A stretch of DNA of 64,000 bases from Thermoleophilaceae bacterium (GTDB taxonomy: Bacteria; Actinomycetota; Thermoleophilia; Solirubrobacterales; Thermoleophilaceae), in contig DASXNY010000166.1 of assembly GCA_036494715.1 (NCBI GenBank), positions 801 through 64,800 on the forward strand, given 5' to 3'. Position 1 is the stretch's first letter. The number at the start of each line of letters is the position of its first letter. The notes under the pieces were generated by a model. The model was not told the DNA's origin and made no database searches. It was given only the letters and a program-made list of their open reading frames with translations. Of this stretch, positions 1-8,928 are shown in pieces. The translations under genes were made by a program, and so were the position numbers.

Positions 1-1227
1 CACGCCGAGGTGCACGAGGCCGTGGCCATCTCCACCTGCAACCGCACCGAGATCTACCTCGTTGCCAGCGACCCGGTGGAGGCGGAGAGCGCGGCGCTCG
101 CCACGCTGTCACGGCAGGCGGGCATCGGGCCCACGGAGCTGCTCGGCTCGCTCTACAGCCCGCGCGGGATGGAGGCGGCGCGGCACCTGTTCGGGGTCGC
201 CGCCGGGCTCGAGTCGATGATCGTCGGCGAGGCCGAGATTCAGGGCCAGGTCAAGCGCGCCTACGAGCTCGCGCTCGTCGAGGGCGCCACGGGGCCGATC
301 ACCAACCGCCTGTTCAGGGACGCCCTGGCCACCGGCAAGCGGGCGCGCAGCGAGACCGCCATCGGGCGCTCGCGCGTATCCGTGTCGTCGGTCGCGGTCG
401 AGCTGGCCCGCGGAACGCTCGGCGAGCTCGATTCGCGCCGCGTGCTCGTGATCGGCGCGGGCGACAACGGCGAGCTCACCGCCAAGGCGCTGCGCGAGCG
501 CGGCGTCGAGACGGTGTTCGTGGCCAACCGCCGCTACGACCGCGCGATCGGGCTGGCCCAGCGCTTCGGCGGCCACGCCGTGCGCTTCGACGACCTGCCC
601 GCCGAGCTCCAGGCCGCGGACATCGTGGTCAGCTCCACCTCATCGCCGCACCAGATCGTCGGGCGAGAGGAGCTCGAGCTGGTGATGGAGAGCCGCGACG
701 GCCGCCCGCTGCTCCTGATCGACATCGCCGTGCCGCGCGACATCGACCCGGCGGTGCGCGAGCTGCCGGGGATCACGCTCTTCGACATGGACGACCTGCA
801 GCGCGAGGTGGCGCGCAGCCTCAGCGCGCGCGAGGCCGAGGTGGTGCACGTGCGGACGATCATCGAGCAGGAGGTCGAGCGCTTCGGCGACTGGCTCGCC
901 AGCCTCGATGTCGTACCGACCATCGCGGCGCTGCGCGAGCGCGGTGACGAGATCGTGGAGCGCGTTCTGCGCGAGAACGACAAGCGCTGGGAGTCGCTGA
1001 GCGACGCCGATCGCGCGCGCGTAGAGCTGCTCGCCCGCACCGTCGTCGGCCGGCTGCTGCACGAGCCCACCGTGCGCATGAAGAACGACGTCGAGCGGGG
1101 CGGCTCCTACGTGCACCTGCAGGCGCTGCGCGAGCTGTTCGGGCTCGAGCCCGAGGCGCCGGAGTACGAGGCGGCGCCGGCGGACGTGGCGTCACTCGAA
1201 GACCGCCGCCGACGCACGAACCAGTAG
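1..1227 (+). CDS. hemA: glutamyl-tRNA reductase, 5' end truncated by the window edge
   Basis: The frame is open from base 1. The translation shows the STCNRTEIY catalytic-Cys motif and a VIGAGDNGELTAKAL Rossmann segment. Stop TAG at 1225-1227. Confidence 0.92.
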   Translation, partial: HAEVHEAVAISTCNRTEIYLVASDPVEAESAALATLSRQAGIGPTELLGSLYSPRGMEAARHLFGVAAGLESMIVGEAEIQGQVKRAYELALVEGATGPITNRLFRDALATGKRARSETAIGRSRVSVSSVAVELARGTLGELDSRRVLVIGAGDNGELTAKALRERGVETVFVANRRYDRAIGLAQRFGGHAVRFDDLPAELQAADIVVSSTSSPHQIVGREELELVMESRDGRPLLLIDIAVPRDIDPAVRELPGITLFDMDDLQREVARSLSAREAEVVHVRTIIEQEVERFGDWLASLDVVPTIAALRERGDEIVERVLRENDKRWESLSDADRARVELLARTVVGRLLHEPTVRMKNDVERGGSYVHLQALRELFGLEPEAPEYEAAPADVASLEDRRRRTNQ

Positions 1228-1267
1228 TTCCCGCCCCCCGCGACCCGCCCCCAGCCCCCCAAAAGAG

Positions 1268-1293
1268 AGGGGCGCCACTCGCGTGGCGCCCCT
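1268..1293 (+). terminator. perfect 11-bp stem / 4-nt loop hairpin downstream of hemA (possible I-shaped terminator)
   Basis: AGGGGCGCCAC-tcgc-GTGGCGCCCCT read directly from the sequence. There is no T-tract on the + strand; a T-rich run follows it on the - strand. Confidence 0.45.
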
Positions 1294-1400
1294 GCTCGGA
1301 CCCAAAACCCATGTTGGAGGAGTGGACGGCGCGTCTCACCTTCGCCCAAATCTCTCTAAGCAGGATTGTCGGTTGAGGGCTCTTTTGCCGATATGGGGTC

Positions 1401-2384
1401 GTGACCCCATCTTTTCTGATGAGCCGGCGCGGAACCCTCATAGGCCAGACCATCCTGGTCAACGTATTCCTGGTCACGGCGGTGCTGTTCGGCGCCACCT
1501 CCGCGGCCAATCTCAACCTGCGCATCCAGGGTGAGCGCCTGCAGTTCGCCCTGCTGGCGATGGCGATCATGCTCGCGCTGCTCGCGAACATCATGATGCT
1601 GCGCCGGCGCTTCTCGCCGCTCGAGCAGCTCATCGACCGGCTCGAGCGCATCGACCCCGCGCACGGCGTCTCGTTCGACCAGCCCGCGCTCGGCGAGATG
1701 GAGGAGGTGGACCGCCTGTCCGCGACCTTCAAGCGCCTGCTCGAGCGCATCGAATCGGAGCGCCGCCGCAGCGGCCGGCTCGTGCTGCGCGCGCAGGAGG
1801 AGGAGCGCAAGCGCGTCGCGCGCGATCTGCACGACGAGGTCAACCAGGCGCTCACCGCGATCCTGCTGCGCCTCCAGGCGCTCATGCAGGACGCTCCCTC
1901 GGGGGAGCTCGAGCGAGAGCTGTCCGAGGTCAAGCGGCTGGTCAACCAGGCGATGGAGGAGCTGCTCCAGCTCGCCCGCCAGCTGCGCCCGACCGCGCTC
2001 GACGACCACGGCCTGCTGCCCGCGCTCGAGGGCCAGGTGCGCCGCTTCGGCGACCAGCAGGGCATCGACGCGCGGCTGCGCACCGAGGGCGAGTCCGGCG
2101 AGCTGGGCGACGATCAGCAGCTCGTCGTCTACCGCGTCGCCCAGGAGGCGCTCGCCAACGTTGCGCGCCACGCGGAGGCCACGCGCGTCGAGGTCGACCT
2201 CGCCACGCGCGAGGGCGGCATCGACCTCTGCGTCCGCGACAACGGGCGCGGCTTCGACTCGACCCTGCCTCCCAGCGGTCTCGGCCTCAACGGCATGGCC
2301 GAGCGCGCGCGCCTCGTCGGCGGCGAGCTGAGCGTGTACTCCTCGGCCGGCCGCGGAACCACCGTCACCCTGCACGTGCCCTGA
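1401..2384 (+). CDS. NarL-class sensor histidine kinase (HisKA_3 type)
   Basis: N-terminal hydrophobic segments, H-box ARDLHDEVNQALTAILLRL, and HATPase motifs DNGRGF and GLGLNGMAERA. The start could instead be the ATG at 1419. Confidence 0.85.
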   Translation: MTPSFLMSRRGTLIGQTILVNVFLVTAVLFGATSAANLNLRIQGERLQFALLAMAIMLALLANIMMLRRRFSPLEQLIDRLERIDPAHGVSFDQPALGEMEEVDRLSATFKRLLERIESERRRSGRLVLRAQEEERKRVARDLHDEVNQALTAILLRLQALMQDAPSGELERELSEVKRLVNQAMEELLQLARQLRPTALDDHGLLPALEGQVRRFGDQQGIDARLRTEGESGELGDDQQLVVYRVAQEALANVARHAEATRVEVDLATREGGIDLCVRDNGRGFDSTLPPSGLGLNGMAERARLVGGELSVYSSAGRGTTVTLHVP

Positions 2385-3022
2385 TGCTCCACATCCTGAT
2401 CGCAGACGACCACGGCATCGTTCGCTCCGGCATCCGGATGCTGATCGACCGCCAGCAGGGCATGCGCGTGGTGGCGGAGGCCGAGGACGGGATCGAGGCC
2501 GTCGAGCTGGCTCAGTCCACGCGGCCCGACGTCGCGATCCTCGACGTGACGATGCCGCGCATGACGGGCCTTCAAGCGGCCCGCGAGATCCGCGCCCGCG
2601 CGCCCGAGACGTCGGTTCTGCTGCTATCGATGCACGACGACGAGCGCTACTTCTTCGACGCGGTCGAGGTGGGCGCCAACGGCTACGTGCTCAAGCGCTC
2701 CGCCGACACCGACCTGATCGACGCGATCCAGGCGGTCGCGCGCGGCGAGCAGTTCGTATCGCCGGTCACGGAGCGCGCCGCAATCAAGGAGTGGCTCGAC
2801 AGCGGCCGCATGGAGCGGCTCGAGGATCCCCTCACGCCGCGCGAGCTGGACGTGGTCAAGCTGATCGCCGAGGCCCACACCAACAAGCAGATCGCCGTCG
2901 CGCTGCACGTGTCGGAGAAGACCGTGGAGTCGCACCGCGCCAACGTGCTCTCGAAGCTCGGTATGCGCGACCGGGTCGAGCTCGTGCGCTACGCGATCCG
3001 GCGCGGCCTCGTCGAGCCGTAG
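2384..3022 (+). CDS. NarL/LuxR-family response regulator
   Basis: Receiver domain (ILIADDH, DVAILDVTMP) plus a LuxR HTH (LTPRELDVVKLIAEAHTNKQIA). TGATG junction with the kinase gene. Confidence 0.92.
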   Translation: MLHILIADDHGIVRSGIRMLIDRQQGMRVVAEAEDGIEAVELAQSTRPDVAILDVTMPRMTGLQAAREIRARAPETSVLLLSMHDDERYFFDAVEVGANGYVLKRSADTDLIDAIQAVARGEQFVSPVTERAAIKEWLDSGRMERLEDPLTPRELDVVKLIAEAHTNKQIAVALHVSEKTVESHRANVLSKLGMRDRVELVRYAIRRGLVEP

Positions 3023-3873
3023 ACCACCCCCGCGTTCTCGGCCGCGCGCACCAGCCGCTCCATCAAGAGGCGCTCCCGGCCGACGGCCACCAGCGCGCCC
3101 GCCCCCGAGCTGAGCAGCTGTCGCGCCGCGAGTGCCCGCGGGCGCGCCCCGCGCATGCCAAGCGCCGTGCCATAGGCGAAGCGCCGCCGCACGAACGACG
3201 CGCGCGTGAGCCGCTCCGGCGGGATCACGTGCTCGACCGCGGCGTCGGGCACATAGCGCACGATCCCGCCGGCGCGCGCGAGTGCCCGCTGGGCCTGGTC
3301 CTCCTCCGAGAAGAAGAGGCGCTTCCCGCTGTGACCAAAGGCGGGGTCGAAGCCGCCGACCCGCCGCAGCGCCGACACCCGGAAGGAGATGTTGGCGCCG
3401 TACACGGTGGTCACCTCGGGGTCGAGATCGCGCGGCGCGGGCCCGAGGTCGAGCAGCGTCAGCGCCGGTAGCAGCGGCCCGGAGACCCACTGCGGCGGCC
3501 CGCCGGCCGGCCAGCGCGGCCGGATCGGGCCGCCGACGCAGGCCAGCTCCGCCGGTCCCTGGCCCCAGCGGCGGGCGAGCGCGTCGTACCAGCCGTCGCA
3601 CACAACGGCGTCGTCGTCGACGAAGGCGAGCAGGTCGTCCTCGCCGCACCAGTCGAGCGCGCGGTTGCGGGCGAGGGACAGGCCAGGCCGCGGTTCCTCG
3701 AGCAAAGTACCTGCAAATAAGGCTCTATGAGCCTCGACGGATGCGGGGCCGAGGCCACTCGTCACGAGCGCGAGCGCGCCCTCCGGAGCCTGACCTCCGA
3801 GCGCGGCGAGTGCTTCCGCGCCCTCTTGCGCGGTCCTGTTCGTACATACCGCAATTCGCAGCAGCCCGGTCAC
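2989..3873 (-). CDS. family 2 glycosyltransferase
   Basis: IAVCTNR N-terminus, PGLSLARNRAL motif and FVDDD DxD motif. I prefer the GTG at 3873; the track ORF extends to 3948. The 3' end overlaps the convergent regulator gene. Confidence 0.7.
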   Translation of the reverse strand: MTGLLRIAVCTNRTAQEGAEALAALGGQAPEGALALVTSGLGPASVEAHRALFAGTLLEEPRPGLSLARNRALDWCGEDDLLAFVDDDAVVCDGWYDALARRWGQGPAELACVGGPIRPRWPAGGPPQWVSGPLLPALTLLDLGPAPRDLDPEVTTVYGANISFRVSALRRVGGFDPAFGHSGKRLFFSEEDQAQRALARAGGIVRYVPDAAVEHVIPPERLTRASFVRRRFAYGTALGMRGARPRALAARQLLSSGAGALVAVGRERLLMERLVRAAENAGVVYGSTRPRRIA

Positions 3874-3952
3874 CTGGGGCGCAGCGTAGTGGCGGCCACC
3901 CTTCTCTAGACTGTCCGAAGACCGGCTCGATTGAGTGAGGGAACCCAATCCG

Positions 3953-4441
3953 ATGCTCGAGATGGTGATCTACGGCGTGAGCTTCGACATGGTCGGCAAG
4001 CAGCCGATCGTGCTCCTGAAGACGCGCGAAGGCAACAAGTTCCTGCCGATTTGGATCGGCCATCCGGAGGCTGCCGCAATCCTCATGAAGCTCCAGGGTG
4101 CGACCACCCCGCGGCCCATGACCCACGACCTGATCAACGACATGCTCGGCGAGCTCGAGGTGTCGTGCAGCAAGGTGTCGGTCACCGAGCTCAAGGAGAA
4201 CACCTTCTACGCCTCGATCACGCTCCAGATGAACGGCCGCGAGATCGAGATCGACTCCCGCCCCTCCGACGCCCTCGCCCTCGCGGTGCGCACGAGCGCG
4301 CCGATCTTCGCCGCCGAGTCGGTGATCGAGGAGTCCGCGATCGAGTTCGAGCACGAGGTCGAGGACACCGAGGAAGTCGTCGAGAAGTTCAAGGACTTCC
4401 TGGACAACGTGACGCCCGAGGACTTCGCCGCCGGCGAGTAG
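3953..4441 (+). CDS. bifunctional nuclease (BFN/DUF151) domain protein
   Basis: The translation MLEMVIYGVSFDMVGKQPIVLLKTREGNKFLPIWIG...SRPSDALALAVR matches the BFN family pattern. It has an acidic C-terminal tail. Confidence 0.8.
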   Translation: MLEMVIYGVSFDMVGKQPIVLLKTREGNKFLPIWIGHPEAAAILMKLQGATTPRPMTHDLINDMLGELEVSCSKVSVTELKENTFYASITLQMNGREIEIDSRPSDALALAVRTSAPIFAAESVIEESAIEFEHEVEDTEEVVEKFKDFLDNVTPEDFAAGE

Positions 4442-4443
4442 AC

Positions 4444-4464
4444 CTGCGGACTGCGCACTGCGGA
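4444..4464. repeat. CTGCGGA-type heptamer tandem repeat, 3 units
   Basis: ctgcgga ctgcgca ctgcgga lies in the 29-nt spacer between two convergent stop codons (4441 and 4471). Confidence 0.8.
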
Positions 4465-4470
4465 CTAGAG

Positions 4471-5424
4471 CTAGGCAGTGGCGCGGGTGGCGTCGCGCTC
4501 GAACGCCAGCTCGAGCATGCGCTCCACGAGCGCCTCGAACGCGATGCCGGCGGCCTCGGCCGCCTGCGGCAGCAGGCTCGTGTCGGTCATCCCCGGGATC
4601 ACGTTCGCCTCGAGAACGAACAGCTCTGAGGTGGCCTCCTCGAGCATGATGTCCACGCGCGCCACGCCGTGGCAGCCGAGCAGCTGGTAGGTGGCCACGG
4701 CCAGCGCCTGGGCGCGCGCGGTGATCGGCTCGGGCAGCTCCGCCGGGCAGACGAAGGTCGTGCGGCCGATCTCGTAGCGCGACTCGAAGTCGTAGAAGTC
4801 CTCGTCTTGCGGCACCGCCTCGACCACCGGTAGGGCGGCGCCCTCCACCACGGACACCGCGAGGTCGCGCCCGCGCACGTACCGCTCGAGCAGCACGCGC
4901 GTGTCGTAGGAGAACGCGGCAACGAGCGCGCTCGGCACGTCCGCGGCGGTGCGTGCGAACTTGATCCCGAGGGCCGAGCCCTGCGCGGCCGGCTTGACGA
5001 CGATCGGGAAGTCGAGCCGCTCCTCGATCGCGGGCAGCGTGGCGGCCGCGCCGAGGCCCTGGAAGGCGGTCTCGTTGAAGGCGAAGAACTCGGGCGTCGG
5101 GATGCCGGCGTCGAGCAGCAGGTGCTTGCTGAGCACCTTGTCCATCGAGCGCATGCAGGCGAGCGGAGCGGAGCCGGTGTACGGGATGCCGAGAATCTCG
5201 AGCAGCTCCTGCACCGTGCCGTCCTCGCCGCCGACGCCGTGCAGCACCACGAACGCCGCCTCCGGCGCCTCGGCCCGCAGCCGCTCCACGAGATCCGAGC
5301 CAACGTCGATCGGCACCACCTGATGCCCCAGCCGTTCGAGCGCATCCTCAACCCGCGCCGCGGACCGCAACGACACCTGCCGCTCCAGAGAGCTGCCGCC
5401 CTTGAGAACGGCGATCCGGCCCAC
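4471..5424 (-). CDS. ddl: D-alanine--D-alanine ligase
   Basis: MGRIAVLKGGSSLEREVSL-type N-terminus, HGVGGEDGTVQELLE motif and ATP-grasp core ending LEANVIPGMT. GTG start. Confidence 0.93.
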   Translation of the reverse strand: MGRIAVLKGGSSLERQVSLRSAARVEDALERLGHQVVPIDVGSDLVERLRAEAPEAAFVVLHGVGGEDGTVQELLEILGIPYTGSAPLACMRSMDKVLSKHLLLDAGIPTPEFFAFNETAFQGLGAAATLPAIEERLDFPIVVKPAAQGSALGIKFARTAADVPSALVAAFSYDTRVLLERYVRGRDLAVSVVEGAALPVVEAVPQDEDFYDFESRYEIGRTTFVCPAELPEPITARAQALAVATYQLLGCHGVARVDIMLEEATSELFVLEANVIPGMTDTSLLPQAAEAAGIAFEALVERMLELAFERDATRATA

Positions 5425-6854
5425 TACCCAGAAGCCTTCCGGCGCTCGGACATACGCAGCACCTGCGCGCCCTCACCCGACGAGTCGGGCTGACGCGCTG
5501 CGGACTGCGGACTGCGGACTGCGGACTCGGCACCTGTGAGCGTCCCGTACAGAGCCACAAGCTCTTCCAGCACCTTCCCAATGCGTCGGACGCCCTCGCG
5601 AATCGTGTCCGCATCCGAGATCGAGAAGTTCAGCCGCATCGAGTTGCGGCCGCGCCCGTCGAGATAAGCCTGCTCGCCGGGGACGAACGCCACGTTGTCG
5701 CGCAGGCAGCGCGCGAGCAGATCGGTGGTGTCGATGAAGTCCGGCAGCGTCGCCCAGATGAACAGCCCGCCCCCGGGGCGCGTCCACTCGGCCTGCGGCG
5801 GGAAGTGCTCGGCCAGCGCGTCGAGCATCGTGTCGCGGCGGTCGCGGTAGATCTGCGTGAGCGAGTCGACGTAGTCGCGCCAGCGCACCTCGCTGAAGTA
5901 CGCCTGCACCATCAGCTGCGACAGCGTCGAGCTGCAGAGGTCGGCGCCCGCTTTGCCCTGGTTGATCTTGTCGAGCACCGGCGGCGGCGCCACCACCCAG
6001 CCGAGCCGGATCCCGGGCGAGAGAATCTTCGAGAACGTGCCCAGGTACATCACGAACACGCCGCCGTCGAGCGAGTGCAGCGACGGCACCGGTTCGCCCT
6101 CGTAGCGCAGGAGGCTGTACGGGTTGTCCTCGAGCACCAACAGCTCGCGCTCATGCGCGACCTCCACGAGCCGCATGCGCCGCTCGAGCGACATCGTCAC
6201 GCCCGCGGGGTTCTGGAAGTTGGGGATCGTGTAGATGAACTTGGGCTTGCGCTGCTCGCGGTCGAGGCGCTCGAGCGCCTCCTCGAGCAGGTCGATGCGC
6301 ATGCCGTCGTCGTCCATCTCGATCTGCACGACGTCCGCCTGGTACGAGGAGAACGTCGGCACGGCGCCCGGGTAGGTCGGCGCCTCCGCCACGACGACGT
6401 CGCCCGGATCGATCAGCGTCTTCGTCACCAGGTCGATGCCCTGCTGACCGCCGGTCGTGATCACCATGTCGTCGATGTCCACGGGCGTGCCGTCGGCCTG
6501 CATCACCTCGGCGATGCACTGCTTGGTCTCGACGAGTCCCTCGGTCGGCCCGTACTGCAACGCCTTGGCGCAGGACTCGTGCGCGATGCGCGCGGCCACC
6601 GCCGCGAAGGTGTCCGGCGGGAACGTGCTCGTGTCCGGCAGGCCGCCCGCGAACGAGATCACCTCGGGGCGAGCCGTGATCGCCATCAGGTCGCGCATCG
6701 CGGATGACTTCATCACCCTGGTTCGGGTGGCGAACAGGCCGGCGTAGCGCTCGAGATCGCGGGAGGTGGAGCGCGTCGGCTCGATGTGCCGACGTTCGCC
6801 GCCGATCCCTTTGCCCCTCCCCGCGCCGCCGCTTGGGTGGTCCTCTATCGTCAT
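5424..6854 (-). CDS. PLP-dependent aminotransferase (class I/II, 2-aminoadipate/MocR-core like) with an unusual repeat-encoded C-terminal tail
   Basis: SFAGGLPD, TTGGQQGIDL, NPAG, and SKILSPGIRLGW containing the PLP lysine. The last ~45 aa (SAVRSPQSAVRSPQ...) are encoded by the heptamer array. Confidence 0.8.
   Translation of the reverse strand: MTIEDHPSGGAGRGKGIGGERRHIEPTRSTSRDLERYAGLFATRTRVMKSSAMRDLMAITARPEVISFAGGLPDTSTFPPDTFAAVAARIAHESCAKALQYGPTEGLVETKQCIAEVMQADGTPVDIDDMVITTGGQQGIDLVTKTLIDPGDVVVAEAPTYPGAVPTFSSYQADVVQIEMDDDGMRIDLLEEALERLDREQRKPKFIYTIPNFQNPAGVTMSLERRMRLVEVAHERELLVLEDNPYSLLRYEGEPVPSLHSLDGGVFVMYLGTFSKILSPGIRLGWVVAPPPVLDKINQGKAGADLCSSTLSQLMVQAYFSEVRWRDYVDSLTQIYRDRRDTMLDALAEHFPPQAEWTRPGGGLFIWATLPDFIDTTDLLARCLRDNVAFVPGEQAYLDGRGRNSMRLNFSISDADTIREGVRRIGKVLEELVALYGTLTGAESAVRSPQSAARQPDSSGEGAQVLRMSERRKASG
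5498..5525. repeat. CTGCGGA heptamer tandem repeat, 4 perfect units
   Basis: (ctgcgga)x4 read directly from the sequence. It lies inside the 3' tail of the aminotransferase ORF. Confidence 0.9.
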
Positions 6855-6880
6855 GGCCGCTTCACCGGAGCGTACCGACC

Positions 6881-7468
6881 ATGAGCCTCATCTTCGACAT
6901 CGGCCAGGGCGCCGGGCTCAGCAGCTCGAGCGGCATCCGGCCGTTCCTGCCGCCGCTCCTCGCCGGCGCCCTCGCGCGCGGGAACGTCGGCCTCGACTTC
7001 GGCGGCACGAGCTACGCGTTCCTCGAGAGCCCGTGGTGGCTCGTGCTGATGTTCGCGCTCGCGGTCGTCTCGTATCTGATCGAGCGCAGGCGCCCGGGCG
7101 TGGTCGCCTCGCGCCAGTTCGAGCTCGTGCTCGCGCTGCTCGGCATCGCCTTCGGCGCGCTGCTGTTCGCCGGCTCGCTGGCCGACACGGGGCACAAGAG
7201 CTGGCCTGGGCTGCTCGCCGGCGCGGCCTGCGCGCTGCTCGGTTTCGCGGCGGTGATCGGGCTGCTGCGGCGCACCCGGCGCCGGCTCGATGCGTCCGCC
7301 GCCTCGTTCCTGACCGCATACGCCGATCTGATCTCGCTGGCGCTCGCGGGTCTCGCCATCCTGTTCCCGCCGATCTCGTTCGTGGCCCTGGCGGGCTTCG
7401 TGCTGCTCCTGCTCAGCGGGCAACGCGCTGGCGGCCAGAAGTACGAGGGCCTGCGCATCCTGCGGTAG
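6881..7468 (+). CDS. DUF4126-like integral membrane protein
   Basis: ATG at 6881 (MSLIFDIGQGAGLSSSSGIRPFLPPLL). Multi-pass hydrophobic protein. The upstream part of the track ORF is Arg-rich and judged spurious. Confidence 0.55.
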   Translation: MSLIFDIGQGAGLSSSSGIRPFLPPLLAGALARGNVGLDFGGTSYAFLESPWWLVLMFALAVVSYLIERRRPGVVASRQFELVLALLGIAFGALLFAGSLADTGHKSWPGLLAGAACALLGFAAVIGLLRRTRRRLDASAASFLTAYADLISLALAGLAILFPPISFVALAGFVLLLLSGQRAGGQKYEGLRILR

Positions 7469-8928
7469 TGCCGAAGAAGCTAATCCTCGCGGTCATCGAC
7501 TCGCTCAAGCCGGAGCTGCTCGACCGCGCCATGGCGGAGGGCCGGGCGCCCGCGCTCAAGGCCATCGTCGAGCGCGGCACCTACGTGCGCGAGTGCGTGT
7601 CCTCGTATCCGTCCGTCACGCCGGTGGCCTCGTCGACGATCGCCACCGGCAGCGGGCCCGACCGGCACCGCATCCCGTCGATGAACTGGTACCACCGCGG
7701 CGAGCAGCGCTACGTCGAGTACGGCTCGTCGTTCCAGGCGAGCCGCGCGTTCGGCATCCGCCGCTCGCTCTACGACACGGTCTACAACATGAACATGGCC
7801 CACCTGAGCCGGGCCACGCCGACCGTCTACGAGTCGCTCGAGGACGCCGGGCTCAGGACCGCCTGCACCACGTTCCTGATCTACCGCGGGCGCACACGGC
7901 ACAAGCTGGCCGAGGAGGGTGTCTACCCGGCGATCGCGCGCGCGGCCACCTTCACGCACGCGGTCTACGGCCCCACCGAGTTCTTCTACGCGGACCTGTT
8001 CCAGTCGCGCAAGACGGGTTGCACCTCGATGCTCGGCAAGCCCGGGCAGCGCGACCGGCACACCGGCTGCGTGGGCGCCTACCTGGTGGAGCACGGGCTG
8101 TTCGACTTCATGCTCTTCTCGCTGCCCGACAACGACTCCTACTCGCACAAGCACGGGCCGTACGCGCAGGTGCAGTCGATCGCGGGTGCCGACCGCGCGC
8201 TCGAGCGCATCATGCATGTGGCGGGCGGGCCCGACGCCTTCCTCGACGAGTACGCGGTGATCGTCATGTCGGACCACTCGCAGACGAGCGTCGAGGACCG
8301 CGTCAACCTCGCCACCGCGCTGCCGAGCTGGCGCGTGCTCACCCCTGCCGATCCGCTCGCGGACACGGCGGAGCTTGCGGTGTCGCCCGCCGCGCGCTCG
8401 GCGATGGTCTACGTGCTCGATCCGGAGCGGCGCGAGAAGGCGGCGCCGCGCGTCGCGCGCGACCTGCGGGCGGTCGACGGACTCGACCTGATCGTGTGGC
8501 GCGAGGGCGAGGAGGCGGTGCTGTGGAGCGAGCGCGGCGAGCTGCGCTTTGCTCCCGGCGGTGAGCTGGAGGACGACCGCGGGCGCAAGTGGAGCGTCGA
8601 GGGCGAGCCGAACGCGCTCGATCTGGTCATCGGTGACGGCCGCGTTACGAGCGCGATCTACCCCGATCCTATGAGCCGCCTTTGGTCTTCCTTAACTTGC
8701 GCTAACTCCGGCGATGTACTCATTTCCGCCATGCCCGGGTACGAGTTCGTAGACTGGGGCGGCACGGATCACGTGGGTGGTGGAAGCCACGGGTCGCTCC
8801 ACCGAGGCGACTCACTGGGTGTCCTCATCTTCGCCGGGACCGAGTCCGGAGCCAATCAGCCGCCACAGTGGTCGATTGAGGATGTGACCCCGATGGTGCT
8901 CGACCACTTCCAGGTAGCGACCGAATGA
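7468..8928 (+). CDS. alkaline-phosphatase-superfamily protein (type I phosphodiesterase / nucleotide pyrophosphatase like)
   Basis: GTG at 7468 (TAGTG junction). LILAVIDSLKPELL...YPSVTPVASSTIATG metal/nucleophile region, SDHS and GSHGS motifs. Confidence 0.75.
   Translation: MPKKLILAVIDSLKPELLDRAMAEGRAPALKAIVERGTYVRECVSSYPSVTPVASSTIATGSGPDRHRIPSMNWYHRGEQRYVEYGSSFQASRAFGIRRSLYDTVYNMNMAHLSRATPTVYESLEDAGLRTACTTFLIYRGRTRHKLAEEGVYPAIARAATFTHAVYGPTEFFYADLFQSRKTGCTSMLGKPGQRDRHTGCVGAYLVEHGLFDFMLFSLPDNDSYSHKHGPYAQVQSIAGADRALERIMHVAGGPDAFLDEYAVIVMSDHSQTSVEDRVNLATALPSWRVLTPADPLADTAELAVSPAARSAMVYVLDPERREKAAPRVARDLRAVDGLDLIVWREGEEAVLWSERGELRFAPGGELEDDRGRKWSVEGEPNALDLVIGDGRVTSAIYPDPMSRLWSSLTCANSGDVLISAMPGYEFVDWGGTDHVGGGSHGSLHRGDSLGVLIFAGTESGANQPPQWSIEDVTPMVLDHFQVATE

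Noticed and set aside
6766-7467. Long N-terminal extensions in the ORF track: 6766 for the phosphodiesterase-like gene, 30244 for the oxidoreductase, 31646 for the acetyltransferase, 22267 for the polyprenyl synthase, 11256 for the ABC ATPase, 58212 for the HAD gene, 38388-40061 and 11010-12614 chimeras.
   Set aside because: The extensions overlap well-supported upstream genes in another frame and are Arg/Pro-rich. Family-typical N-termini begin at internal ATG or GTG codons that form ATGA, GTGA or TAGTG junctions with the preceding stop.
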